Shown here in pieces: positions 18,591-27,338 of a stretch of DNA of 64,000 bases. Both the position numbers and the translations under genes were made by a program. How positions within the stretch are numbered: position 1 is the stretch's first letter; every line of letters starts with the position of its first letter. The stretch comes from a virus. Taxonomy: Duplodnaviria; Caudoviricetes. Below the pieces are notes generated by a model that saw only the letters and a program-made list of their open reading frames with translations, did no database searches and was not told where the DNA came from. Location: positions 41 to 64,040 of IMG/VR virus record IMGVR_UViG_3300044695_005922; one strand, written 5' to 3'.

Positions 18591-19046
18591 ATGGTTAACC
18601 TGAGTTGGGCCAGATATTTTCGTGGAATTGCTGGGCATGTAAAACAAAAGTCAAAAGACAAGTATACACAAATCGGTGCGGTGATTGTTGGTAAAGATAA
18701 TGAAATTGTTTCTACTGGATACAATTCGTTTCCTCGTGGTATTAACGATGATGTTCTTGAACGGCAAGAACGTCCTGAGAAGTATTTTTGGTTTGAACAC
18801 GCAGAACGAAATGCGATATACAACGCAGCACGAATTGGTGTATCTACAACAGGTTGTACAATGTATCTTACGTGTGGAATGCCGTGTGCAGATTGTGCAC
18901 GTGGAATTATAAACGCCGGCATTAAGAAAATTTATATTGAGCATTTTAGTCAAGATGGAGCAAAGGGCCCAATATGGGAAGAAAGTATTAAACGAAGTAT
19001 GATTATGTTCAGTGAAGCAGGTGTAGAGGTACTTTATTATGAGTAA
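18591..19046 (+). CDS. dCMP deaminase
   Basis: SKD..QIGAVIV, TGYN, HAERNAI, PCADCARGII. Confidence 0.92.
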   Translation: MVNLSWARYFRGIAGHVKQKSKDKYTQIGAVIVGKDNEIVSTGYNSFPRGINDDVLERQERPEKYFWFEHAERNAIYNAARIGVSTTGCTMYLTCGMPCADCARGIINAGIKKIYIEHFSQDGAKGPIWEESIKRSMIMFSEAGVEVLYYE

Positions 19047-19347
19047 TGGAAAAGGTGACTCCCCAAGACCATTAAGTGTAGATCAAAAAACATTTGCAAA
19101 TAACTGGGAACGTGCCTTCGGTACACCCATCTGTGAGTATAGTGGACTCCCACACACAGCAAGTTATGATGATGTTGATAAAGAATACACAGAACTACTT
19201 GCCTCTGGATTATTCTGGGAATTGTTTCCTGGGTTAACTGGTAATTGGCAACAAGACCAAGCAAGATGGAAACTGGCCATACTTAGCAAAGAATCACAAT
19301 TAACGGGATTATATGACACATTACGGGAAGAAAAAGGGAACGACTAA
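19039..19347 (+). CDS. Hypothetical protein
   Basis: GAGG RBS; GKGDSPRP..NWERAFG. Confidence 0.55.
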   Translation: MSNGKGDSPRPLSVDQKTFANNWERAFGTPICEYSGLPHTASYDDVDKEYTELLASGLFWELFPGLTGNWQQDQARWKLAILSKESQLTGLYDTLREEKGND

Positions 19348-19540
19348 CACTGGATGTTGGTATTCCATACTTCAAGAAAATAATATGTTTCACATAAGTG
19401 TTGGTAAAGGTGATTTCGTAATATACGAAGGTTTTGAAAATCCACCAAGCATAGAATTTTTAGATAATAATATATTATTATTGGAACAAGAGTTATATAA
19501 TAGATTTCCAGTAGGTTCAAAAATAGATATTATTGCATAA
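19313..19540 (+). CDS. Hypothetical protein
   Basis: Fills the gap before the terminator. Confidence 0.4.
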   Translation: MTHYGKKKGTTNTGCWYSILQENNMFHISVGKGDFVIYEGFENPPSIEFLDNNILLLEQELYNRFPVGSKIDIIA

Positions 19541-19574
19541 CCCACTTGACTTTGAGTGGGTTTTTTGTTATATT
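19539..19574 (+). terminator. Composite intrinsic terminator and sigma70-like promoter
   Basis: AACCCACT/AGTGGGTT stem plus T-run; TTGACT (19546) N17 TATATT (19569). Confidence 0.7.
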
Positions 19575-19601
19575 TTAAATGTATCTACCCACGAGGAAAC
19601 T

Positions 19602-19955
19602 ATGTCATTTGTGAAATATAAAGGATATACCAGAGAAGATGCACTTGCAAGTGTTGGTGCTGGGTGGGCTGGTCTAATTAATCGTGTATACGATGTACTG
19701 GAATCCATGAGAGGTGAAGTCAAGGTTGTACAGGTCAAGGAAAAATTCGCAGGACTTCGTATCTACACCGATTATGGTAACGATGAACTTGATCAAGTAA
19801 TTCGTGAAGTGGGATATGAAAGTGTTAAAATTTGTGAAACCTGCGGCAAACCTGGTGAAGTACGAGGTAAAGGTTGGTATTATACATCGTGTGGTGAACA
19901 CGCAAAACCTGGTGACCTTACACACGGAAATGACGATGCCGAAGAAGAAAACTAG
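19602..19955 (+). CDS. Conserved phage protein with C-terminal CxxC
   Basis: GWAGLI..QVKEKFAGLRIY..ICETCGKPG; GAGG before ATG 19602. Confidence 0.65.
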   Translation: MSFVKYKGYTREDALASVGAGWAGLINRVYDVLESMRGEVKVVQVKEKFAGLRIYTDYGNDELDQVIREVGYESVKICETCGKPGEVRGKGWYYTSCGEHAKPGDLTHGNDDAEEEN

Positions 19956-20172
19956 ATCAGAAAAAGAACTTAACTTGAAGTTCACAGGTAAAATGAGTAT
20001 CCTTATTGAGTTGGAAGGACATGGACCACTTGAATTTCGAGTAAATGATTTACAAGTGGTAAAGGATGCTGTACAAGTTATACTAGACCACACAAATAAT
20101 AAAACGCCCGTAAACTCTTACGATAAACGTGAACAGAAAACGATGCAGAAACTCTTGGATGGTATCGAATAA
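19935..20172 (+). CDS. Hypothetical protein (likely start MPKKK)
   Basis: 3' part of ORF 19804..20172; start uncertain. Confidence 0.4.
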
Positions 20173-20186
20173 AAGTTAATTATCAT

Positions 20187-20196
20187 ACTATTTATA
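20187..20196 (+). promoter_or_regulatory. Recurrent ACTATTTATA motif (candidate late promoter)
   Basis: Same motif at 29370, 49587, 53390 and, with one mismatch, 58227. Confidence 0.55.
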
Positions 20197-20306
20197 TATG
20201 TGAGGATTGTTCACGGCTCTCTTCACATATATAACAAAATTACCCCTACGAGTAAGCCCCATGCACCGTGAATGCGTGGGTATCTGAAAGTAGGGGTTTT
20301 GTTTTT
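20192..20306 (+). ncRNA. Structured leader RNA with a 7-bp kissing-loop interaction
   Basis: 15-bp hairpin whose loop contains TTCACGG; second domain with terminal loop CCGTGAA (exact complement); AGTA/GAA internal loop. Confidence 0.6.
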
Positions 20307-20317
20307 GGAGAAGTAGT

Positions 20318-20968
20318 ATGGAAAATAGATTTTATGTATACGCACATTACATTCCGGGTGAGGACAAACCATTTTATATTGGAAAAGGAACCGGTAGAAG
20401 AGCATATCATTTATATGACAGGAGTAAATTTTGGAAATCCGTAGTAAAAAAACATGGATATGAAATAAAAATATTATATGAAAATCTTACTCACGATGAA
20501 GCATTTGTTAAAGAAACAGAATTGATAACATTGTATGGAAGAAGGGATTTGAAAACTGGTTGTTTAGTTAATCAAACAAACGGTGGTGATGGTGTTCGTG
20601 GGCATTCTTTGGAAACCCGTGAGAAAATAGGAAAAATGTTTATTGGTAAACATTTAAGTGAAGGACATAAGAAAAAAATAAGTAATGCAAACAGAGGAAG
20701 AATCGTGTCTGACGAAGCCCGTGAAAAAATAAGAAATGCTTTTATAGGTAAATCACGACCACCCGAAGTAATTGATAAGATGAAAAAGTCCTTGACAGGA
20801 AGGGGTGGGAAGATTATATTACAATATGATTTACAAGATAACTTTATAAAAGAATATAATACAATAAAACAGGCGGCTATAGAAAATGGATTCTGTTACA
20901 GAACTATCAGACGAGTCCTCAAAGGACAACTACGACAAACCCGTGGATACATCTTCAAATACAAATAA
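20318..20968 (+). CDS. GIY-YIG homing endonuclease with NUMOD3/NUMOD1 domains
   Basis: FYVYAH..PFYIGKG..R, LVNQTNGGDG, HSLETREKI, ILQYDL..FIKEY..GYIFKY. Confidence 0.85.
   Translation: MENRFYVYAHYIPGEDKPFYIGKGTGRRAYHLYDRSKFWKSVVKKHGYEIKILYENLTHDEAFVKETELITLYGRRDLKTGCLVNQTNGGDGVRGHSLETREKIGKMFIGKHLSEGHKKKISNANRGRIVSDEAREKIRNAFIGKSRPPEVIDKMKKSLTGRGGKIILQYDLQDNFIKEYNTIKQAAIENGFCYRTIRRVLKGQLRQTRGYIFKYK
20792..20820 (+). promoter_or_regulatory. sigma70-like promoter inside the endonuclease gene
   Basis: TTGACA-N17-TATATT, about 65 nt before ATG 20886. Confidence 0.6.
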
Positions 20969-21872
20969 GCGTATATCGTATTCACAATATTCTGTGTGGG
21001 CGACTTGTGGGTGGAAATGGAAACTTCAATATGTAGATAAAATTAAATTTGATGATAATACAATAAATCTCATTTTTGGAACTGCCATGCACGAAGTAAT
21101 CCAAGAGTGGCTGGAACAATATCATTACGCGGGTAAGGACAATCTTGCAAAGAGTGTGGACCTCAGTGAACCTCTCAAAACAAAGTTCATTACATTGTTC
21201 CAAGAAAACACTACGGTTGATGCAAACGGGAATAAAGTATTCTTGTGTGATAAGAAAACCCTAATGGAGTTTTACAATCAAGGGTGTGAGATTCTGTCGT
21301 ATGTACAACAACATCGTAATAAGATTTTCCCGTCAAAAGACACCGTACTTGCGGGTATTGAATATCCTATTGAAACGGAAGTTCGTCCTGGTGTGACCTT
21401 TATTGGGTATGTGGATATCATTACCAAGAATGAAAAGACGGGCAAGGTTACAATTATTGATTTGAAAACCTCACGGTCTGGATGGACGCAGGCACAGAAG
21501 AGTGACCATATTAAACTGAATCAGATTTTGTTGTACAAGAAGTTCATCTCTGAGAAGTTTAATACTCCGTTGGAAATGATTGGGACGGAATTTATTATCT
21601 TGAAGCGGACGATTAGTGAGAACAGTCCATATCCCATTCCTCGTGTGAGTACCTTCGAACCGTCTAACGGAAAACCTTCGGTTAACCGTGCATGGGGACA
21701 TATTGAAAAGTTCTTGAATGAGTGTTTTGATGGTGAAGGAAACTATCGTACGGATTTGATTACCGCGACACCAAGTAAAGATAGTTGTAAGTATTGTGTG
21801 TATAACGATAAGGAAACGTATTGTTCTGAATCATTTTACAAAATCAAAAAGGTGAAGGTTGTCAATGGCTGA
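20886..21872 (+). CDS. PD-(D/E)XK RecB/Cas4-like exonuclease
   Basis: ISYSQ..C, FGTAMHE, GYVD..IIDLKT, QILLY, CKYC..C. Confidence 0.85.
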   Translation: MDSVTELSDESSKDNYDKPVDTSSNTNKRISYSQYSVWATCGWKWKLQYVDKIKFDDNTINLIFGTAMHEVIQEWLEQYHYAGKDNLAKSVDLSEPLKTKFITLFQENTTVDANGNKVFLCDKKTLMEFYNQGCEILSYVQQHRNKIFPSKDTVLAGIEYPIETEVRPGVTFIGYVDIITKNEKTGKVTIIDLKTSRSGWTQAQKSDHIKLNQILLYKKFISEKFNTPLEMIGTEFIILKRTISENSPYPIPRVSTFEPSNGKPSVNRAWGHIEKFLNECFDGEGNYRTDLITATPSKDSCKYCVYNDKETYCSESFYKIKKVKVVNG

Positions 21873-22173
21873 AAACCCGTGGAAGGACAAGTATCTCGCT
21901 GAAGCCGCGAAGCACGACGAGACGGTGCGGAAACTTGCAGCACTGACTTCACACCTGAACCAAGTGCATGAGGAACTAGGCGGCACCGACACTGTTCTGA
22001 CGCTGGAAGCCGCGCAGCTCGTCATGGCCCGCCTCGCCGCATGTGAGCGGGTGGTGGAGGCGGCGAAAGCGTGGAAGGCCGATCAGCGTGGATGGCTCAA
22101 ACCGCTAGACGAAGCGTTGTGCCAAGCCGTTGACGACTACCGCGCCGCCGTCACCGCCGAGACACAGGAGTAA
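21865..22173 (+). CDS. Hypothetical protein, GC-rich
   Basis: Intact ORF, markedly higher GC than its flanks. Confidence 0.6.
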   Translation: MAENPWKDKYLAEAAKHDETVRKLAALTSHLNQVHEELGGTDTVLTLEAAQLVMARLAACERVVEAAKAWKADQRGWLKPLDEALCQAVDDYRAAVTAETQE

Positions 22174-22175
22174 GT

Positions 22176-22808
22176 ATGGAAAACCCAATGGTGAATTATT
22201 CTAAAATCATCGCTGAAACAAATAGTAAAATGTATAATGTTCGGGATGAATATAAGAATAATAGTGTTGAAGAAAACATTGCCATTTGCAATAAGGAACA
22301 CTTGAAGTTCTCTGTGGGTTGTATTAACATTACAGGAGAACTCAACATTGGGATGATGATTCGGTCAGCGTGTCTTTTGGGGGCAGAAAACTTCTATATT
22401 TTCGGTCGTCGGAAATTTGATTCTAGGTCCACAGTTGGAGCGGAAAACTATATTAATATTGTCCAGTATGTGTTTGATGACCCGATACACGCCGACATGC
22501 AAATCTATTCAAAAATTAAAGAGTTGTATGTAGAGAAGCACACAATTGTATTGTGTGAACATGGTGGATATGAATTGGGGTCGGCGGAATGGAAAAACAG
22601 ATTGCCTCTAATAACAAAAACATCTTATAATAGTTATACTCCGCTGTTTTTGTTTGGTAGCGAATCGTTTGGCATCCCAGATATTATTTCTGAAAACTCT
22701 GCATTTTTTAAAGTCAGTATTCCCCAACGTGGTGTACTTCGTTCATTTAATGTCAGCGCGGCAATGGCAATAGTCTGCTGGGACTACCTACGAGAAATGT
22801 TCTATTAA
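22176..22808 (+). CDS. SpoU/TrmH family RNA 2'-O-methyltransferase
   Basis: NIGMMIRSA, FLFGSESFGI, IPQRGVLRSFNVSAA. Confidence 0.9.
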   Translation: MENPMVNYSKIIAETNSKMYNVRDEYKNNSVEENIAICNKEHLKFSVGCINITGELNIGMMIRSACLLGAENFYIFGRRKFDSRSTVGAENYINIVQYVFDDPIHADMQIYSKIKELYVEKHTIVLCEHGGYELGSAEWKNRLPLITKTSYNSYTPLFLFGSESFGIPDIISENSAFFKVSIPQRGVLRSFNVSAAMAIVCWDYLREMFY

Positions 22809-22820
22809 ATCCTATATAAT

Positions 22821-22856
22821 ACCCCACTTGACAACGGTGGGGTTTTGTATTATATT
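22821..22856 (+). terminator. Composite intrinsic terminator and sigma70-like promoter
   Basis: ACCCCAC-TTGACAACG-GTGGGGT then T-run; TTGACA N17 TATATT. Confidence 0.72.
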
Positions 22857-22881
22857 TAGGTATACTTAACAAGGACAGAAC

Positions 22882-23097
22882 ATGACGCTTGAACAACTTG
22901 CCGAAATCATTGATAGACTCAAAATGCGCCGTTCGTGGGATGACTATAAAGACCTTAAGGTAGTGGTTGTTACTGATGAACCTTCTGTGGGGCCTGTATC
23001 GGCATCTACTGTGAGTAATGCACATGTTGGTAGCGATTGGGAACGGAACAGATTTCTTATTTGGTGCGACGATAAACTTACCAAGAAGGTAGACTAA
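22882..23097 (+). CDS. Hypothetical early protein
   Basis: AAGGA RBS after the promoter. Confidence 0.6.
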   Translation: MTLEQLAEIIDRLKMRRSWDDYKDLKVVVVTDEPSVGPVSASTVSNAHVGSDWERNRFLIWCDDKLTKKVD

Positions 23098-23098
23098 T

Positions 23099-23497
23099 AT
23101 GCTCATTATCATTCGTGGATTGCCCGGCAGTGGAAAGAGCACGTTGGCAGAACATTTGGAAGCCAGTTTCAATAGCACAAACGGCGTAGTTGCCCGTGTG
23201 TTTGAGGCCGACCAGTTCTTTCATACACTTGAAGGATATAAGTTTGATGGTACCAAGTTGCGGGAAGCACATCTTGACTGTCAGGCACGTACCAGAGCAT
23301 GGTTGAAAAAGGGTAACATCGCCATCGTATCCAATACCTTTACTCAGCGTTGGGAATACGAGCCGTATCTGGACATGGCTACACAGTATAATTTTCCGGT
23401 TCAAGTAATTGAAGTACATGGTGATTTCCAGAACATTCACGGCGTTCCTCCCGATAAGATTGAGAGTATGCGTGAACGTTGGGAATCACATCTATGA
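23099..23497 (+). CDS. AAA_33 P-loop kinase (polynucleotide kinase-like)
   Basis: IRGLPGSGKSTLA, EADQFF, VSNTF, HGVP. Confidence 0.8.
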   Translation: MLIIIRGLPGSGKSTLAEHLEASFNSTNGVVARVFEADQFFHTLEGYKFDGTKLREAHLDCQARTRAWLKKGNIAIVSNTFTQRWEYEPYLDMATQYNFPVQVIEVHGDFQNIHGVPPDKIESMRERWESHL

Positions 23498-23754
23498 ACT
23501 ATGAACAAGAAACCATATTAAAAGAATTTGAAGTAGGGAGACATCCAGATATAACACATGATGCACACGCAATGGCTGATGAAATTATTAAACTCCGACA
23601 GCAAACTTCTGTGTTGCGTGAGTTGTTAATTGAATTAACTGATGTGGATGACTGCCAATATGACCATCATGGGTATTGCCAAGCACATTCTTTACACACT
23701 GCTCCGTGTCCACATAGTCGTAGCAAAACATTTATTAAGGAAATGTATCTATGA
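23494..23754 (+). CDS. Hypothetical protein with Cys/His motif
   Basis: CQYDHHGYCQAH..PCPH; ATGA overlap. Confidence 0.6.
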   Translation: MNYEQETILKEFEVGRHPDITHDAHAMADEIIKLRQQTSVLRELLIELTDVDDCQYDHHGYCQAHSLHTAPCPHSRSKTFIKEMYL

Positions 23755-23894
23755 CACCAGAACTTAAAGAAGCATTAATCAAGGCATACACATCTTCTCT
23801 TGAAGCACACAATCGTCGTTGGGAATATTTGACCTTACCATTGGATGAACGATTTAAACTTATGCAGGATTATATTAAGGAGATGCATCTATGA
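23751..23894 (+). CDS. 47-aa hypothetical protein (not in ORF track)
   Basis: AAGGA RBS, ATGA overlaps at both ends; MTPELKEA...IKEMHL. Confidence 0.6.
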   Translation: MTPELKEALIKAYTSSLEAHNRRWEYLTLPLDERFKLMQDYIKEMHL

Positions 23895-24046
23895 CAGAAT
23901 GTGAAGCAGTGGCATACGCATACTGTTTAGAATATGCACAACATACTCCGCCACACAAATGGAATCTTAGTCCAGAAATGAAAGAATGGGTATGCAAACT
24001 AATAATTCATGTAGATGAGATAAAGGAGCAGGAGAAGCATCTATGA
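23891..24046 (+). CDS. 51-aa hypothetical protein (not in ORF track)
   Basis: AAGGAG RBS, ATGA overlaps; MTECEAVA...QEKHL. Confidence 0.6.
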   Translation: MTECEAVAYAYCLEYAQHTPPHKWNLSPEMKEWVCKLIIHVDEIKEQEKHL

Positions 24047-24264
24047 TGAAAATCATTATGCGCCACCTGAAACGCAAGCACGATGCGCTCTATGTGCAAT
24101 TAGTGTGGATGGAACCATTTGGTCATCCTACGTGGTGTGTATGGATTGTTCCGTCCAAAGGAATTCCGAACAGAATTGAACCACTGCAACGTGAATTGGC
24201 ACGTTCATCATATAAATGGGTAGCCTTATTTACCGCACTAAAAGCAGAGGTACGAGAACAATGA
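24043..24264 (+). CDS. Hypothetical protein
   Basis: GGAG RBS, coupled ORF. Confidence 0.55.
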   Translation: MMKIIMRHLKRKHDALYVQLVWMEPFGHPTWCVWIVPSKGIPNRIEPLQRELARSSYKWVALFTALKAEVREQ

Positions 24265-24572
24265 ATAGTTTGTCATGGATTGAACGAGAAGCACGAGCAT
24301 TAAATAACTTTACGGAACTTACATCTAAACTTTCAGAGGAACCGATGTTTACGACTACGACTACAAATGCCCAAGTTGCCACCCTTGAAGAAATTGAAAT
24401 TGCCATCTATCGTGCCAATCAGATTATCAAGGATACGACTTATTCACACAAGACGTATCCTTCCCACGAATATATGGCACAGATGTTCCGTAGCATTTTT
24501 CCCCATGTGTTGAATGCAGTGATGACGTATGAATATGAAGAGGTTGAGGAAGAGGAGAATGAAGATGCCTAA
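24261..24572 (+). CDS. Hypothetical protein
   Basis: ATGA overlap at 24261; acidic tail. Confidence 0.5.
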   Translation: MNSLSWIEREARALNNFTELTSKLSEEPMFTTTTTNAQVATLEEIEIAIYRANQIIKDTTYSHKTYPSHEYMAQMFRSIFPHVLNAVMTYEYEEVEEEENEDA

Positions 24573-25023
24573 GCTACGACAATACAAGGGCGTGACATGG
24601 AACCAACTGCATTGGGAAACGGCGGAAGGGCGTGGGTACGACAGAGCAGCTTCTCTGATTGCCGCTTATCCGCGAAAGTTTACCGACGACGACCACGCCG
24701 CACTGATGGATTTGAAGAATAATCCATATGAACCAATCCAGACATTGGAAGATGTGGTGAATGAATGGAATGTATCTGCTGAATGGGTGCGACGAAGTGA
24801 AAGTAAATATGCTTTGCAAGAATTGTGTACATATATCCGAGAAGCATTTCCAGACATTGACAAGCCGTTTAGTGACACGCTTGGAGAAAAGACGATGGTT
24901 GCCGAGTATAATACGGTACAGGACCACGTTGATGCTTTGGTGAGAATGGGTGCAAAGTATTATTCTGGTGAACATCCGTTTATGGAAGGATACCCACGAT
25001 TGGTTCTACCGAAGGTGAAGTGA
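24565..25023 (+). CDS. Hypothetical protein
   Basis: GGAG before MPKLRQ. Confidence 0.55.
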   Translation: MPKLRQYKGVTWNQLHWETAEGRGYDRAASLIAAYPRKFTDDDHAALMDLKNNPYEPIQTLEDVVNEWNVSAEWVRRSESKYALQELCTYIREAFPDIDKPFSDTLGEKTMVAEYNTVQDHVDALVRMGAKYYSGEHPFMEGYPRLVLPKVK

Positions 25024-25024
25024 T

Positions 25025-25309
25025 ATGGATATTATATTAAAGAAAGCCGAAATGTTTGATATGTTGGCAGAATCATTGGAAGGCGTAGAACATCTACTTC
25101 TCACTACCGGTCACCCTGAATTCGGTATTGAATGTACCATTACCATTGGTGATGATTATGTCACGGTGATTAATCAGCCTGACGAAATCACGGCTATCAT
25201 TGCTGCCCGTCGTGAATTGGATTATCAAAAGATTGTGGACGATGGGTTGAAAAAGATTGGTGAGTATAACAGTCAATTCTTTAAGAAAGATGACGAGGGG
25301 GATGAATGA
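25025..25309 (+). CDS. Hypothetical protein
   Basis: Tandem + strand ORF with RBS. Confidence 0.55.
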   Translation: MDIILKKAEMFDMLAESLEGVEHLLLTTGHPEFGIECTITIGDDYVTVINQPDEITAIIAARRELDYQKIVDDGLKKIGEYNSQFFKKDDEGDE

Positions 25310-25803
25310 GAACACGAAATGATGTTATACAAGAAGCCTACGACAAGATTGGGTCAGACCTTGTTGATAAACTAGCTGACCGTATTCTGGAACTAGAAGA
25401 AAAGCTAGAACAGTATGAGTTGGCTAGAATGGCTGATGAAGACGCCGAATCACTTGGCGAGTTCCTAAATGAAGTCGGGTTTACTCCACTCAAAGATGCT
25501 GTTGAACGTTATGAGCGTGACAAGAAGGATTGGCAACGTGAAGAAACGATGAATCGCAAATACGAAAATTGTATGATGCTCAAACCATTCTTGGACGATG
25601 TGCAGAAATATCAAAAAGAAGTGTACTGTGATGGGCACGGGCATATTGCGTCACACAACATAGCATCTGGCGTTCATGTGAAACTGTTCAATAAGAAAAC
25701 TGGTGAATATACTTACGGTGATGTGCAGTGGATTGAACCGTCACGATTGATGGGGTGTGGATGTTGGGATGGGATTTATATTATCGCGGAGACTGATGAA
25801 TGA
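25306..25803 (+). CDS. Hypothetical protein
   Basis: ATGA overlap. Confidence 0.55.
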   Translation: MRTRNDVIQEAYDKIGSDLVDKLADRILELEEKLEQYELARMADEDAESLGEFLNEVGFTPLKDAVERYERDKKDWQREETMNRKYENCMMLKPFLDDVQKYQKEVYCDGHGHIASHNIASGVHVKLFNKKTGEYTYGDVQWIEPSRLMGCGCWDGIYIIAETDE

Positions 25804-26006
25804 AATGGAAATCTGATAACCACCGTGATAGACGAATTATCAAACGATTTGCTTGGTTTCCCATACGATGTAATGATGGATATACATATTGGCTGGAACA
25901 TTACTGGTCAGGTGAAACGTATTTCCGAGATGAGACGGGGACGTACTGGTGTACGGATTTTGCCAGTAAAGATTATCAACAAGTATTGAATTGGATGGCA
26001 CCATGA
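25800..26006 (+). CDS. Hypothetical protein
   Basis: ATGA overlap; KRFAWFPI..WLE. Confidence 0.55.
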   Translation: MKWKSDNHRDRRIIKRFAWFPIRCNDGYTYWLEHYWSGETYFRDETGTYWCTDFASKDYQQVLNWMAP

Positions 26007-26332
26007 ATATTGATATATACCTAGATGAAGATGGATATCCCAACGACTTTGCGTTAGAAAAGATTACTAAATGGGAATGGAATCAGACCGATAAACTTTT
26101 TGAGTTTATGCGGGAACTCTGGAAATATGATTATTGGGAAGTGGTAGATGATGGTGAGAAAATTACCTATAACATCAGTACCATAGGATGGAGCGGTAAT
26201 GAAAGTATTATTAGTGCCCTAAAAGAAAATTATATTATCTGGCATTTTACATGGGTACAGAGCCGCCGTGGTGGACATTATATCTTTGAATTGCCATATA
26301 AGAGACAGCCATCTTTGGTCGGGAAAGAATAG
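26003..26332 (+). CDS. Hypothetical phage protein
   Basis: DEDGYP..STIGWSGNE..SRRGGHYIF. Confidence 0.6.
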   Translation: MNIDIYLDEDGYPNDFALEKITKWEWNQTDKLFEFMRELWKYDYWEVVDDGEKITYNISTIGWSGNESIISALKENYIIWHFTWVQSRRGGHYIFELPYKRQPSLVGKE

Positions 26333-26337
26333 GAGAC

Positions 26338-26366
26338 TTGACTTTTCTCACCAATTGTAGTATATT
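26338..26366 (+). promoter_or_regulatory. sigma70-like promoter
   Basis: TTGACT-N17-TATATT followed by GGAGG RBS. Confidence 0.72.
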
Positions 26367-26383
26367 TCTAATATGGAGGCATT

Positions 26384-26605
26384 ATGACATCTCACTGGCT
26401 ACAAAGTAAAGAATTATTCAACTTGAAATATGCAGGACATTGTAAGTTAACCGTTGATGACGATAACAACGATGTGATGGTGTTTGAAAAAACAAACCAT
26501 ACTATACCATTGATACAGTTGTTTTTATTGATGTATGCACATAATTTACCATTGAATGAACTTATTACATTATTCAATGGTCCACGTAAGGATGAGATTG
26601 TATAA
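26384..26605 (+). CDS. Hypothetical protein
   Basis: GGAGG RBS. Confidence 0.55.
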   Translation: MTSHWLQSKELFNLKYAGHCKLTVDDDNNDVMVFEKTNHTIPLIQLFLLMYAHNLPLNELITLFNGPRKDEIV

Positions 26606-26895
26606 TGAAAGAACATGCAATTATCACCAAGCTTCGTCGCCCCTTGGAAAACTTTACGTCCAATGACCTTGCCGACCTAATCGACGCATATGATGAATTG
26701 ATGCTCACCGTTAAAGCCTGTCGTGGAACGCAGATGGATGATGCGGGAATTCATAGTGTACAGGAAATGAGTGCGGTAGTAAATGCGGCAATCAAGTGGT
26801 GGTGGGCACAAGAAAAGTCTGATACAGAATACTGGACTGCCGAACAGGAATTGTCCAACACCGTTGGGAAATATTGTGTGAGGAATAAACTATGA
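26605..26895 (+). CDS. Hypothetical protein
   Basis: TAATG overlap. Confidence 0.55.
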   Translation: MKEHAIITKLRRPLENFTSNDLADLIDAYDELMLTVKACRGTQMDDAGIHSVQEMSAVVNAAIKWWWAQEKSDTEYWTAEQELSNTVGKYCVRNKL

Positions 26896-27338
26896 AAAAC
26901 TATAAACTGTGTTACATTGAAAAGAATTTCGCATACTTCACCACCCAAGAGCTTGAGAAGCAAACTGGTGATGATTGGGATGATGCACCCTATGAACATA
27001 ATGCGGGAATTCCATATGAACCACATCGTTTCTATTCCTATATGAAGGATGGTCAGTGGGCACGAGGTTCCGATTATAATGAAGATGGTACTCCGAAGTG
27101 GGAAATCTATAAGGTCGCCTACGAAGGTCCGTGGGATATGCAAACACCCGCTGACATCGCAGGGTGTAATAGTCGGTATTCCGTAGACATGATTAATGCC
27201 AAGCTCACTCCGTGGTTGACCAAGTTTCCCGACAAGGCATTGTTTGCTGGTGCAAGTGTTGAGGAGTTTATTACTTTCATTGAAGAGTGTGGTGGTACCG
27301 TATATCTTCCCAAGGAGAAGAATAATGCAAAAGCGTGA
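26892..27338 (+). CDS. Hypothetical phage protein
   Basis: KLCY..AYFT..QTGDDWDDAPYEHNAG.PY. Confidence 0.6.
   Translation: MKNYKLCYIEKNFAYFTTQELEKQTGDDWDDAPYEHNAGIPYEPHRFYSYMKDGQWARGSDYNEDGTPKWEIYKVAYEGPWDMQTPADIAGCNSRYSVDMINAKLTPWLTKFPDKALFAGASVEEFITFIEECGGTVYLPKEKNNAKA

Larger units (their letters stand above)
23731..24046 (+). repeat. Repeated gene-junction sequence (RBS plus ATGA overlap)
   Basis: tttattaaggaaatgtatctATGAca (23731), tatattaaggagatgcatctATGAca (23871), ggagaagcatctATGA (24031). Confidence 0.7.

Noticed and set aside
20250-20292. Hammerhead ribozyme (CTGA/GAAA seen)
   Set aside because: The CUGANGA...GAAA core and three-stem layout are absent.
20886-21872. CRISPR-Cas locus (Cas4)
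   Set aside because: No repeat-spacer array or other cas genes were seen; solo Cas4-like nucleases are common in phages.
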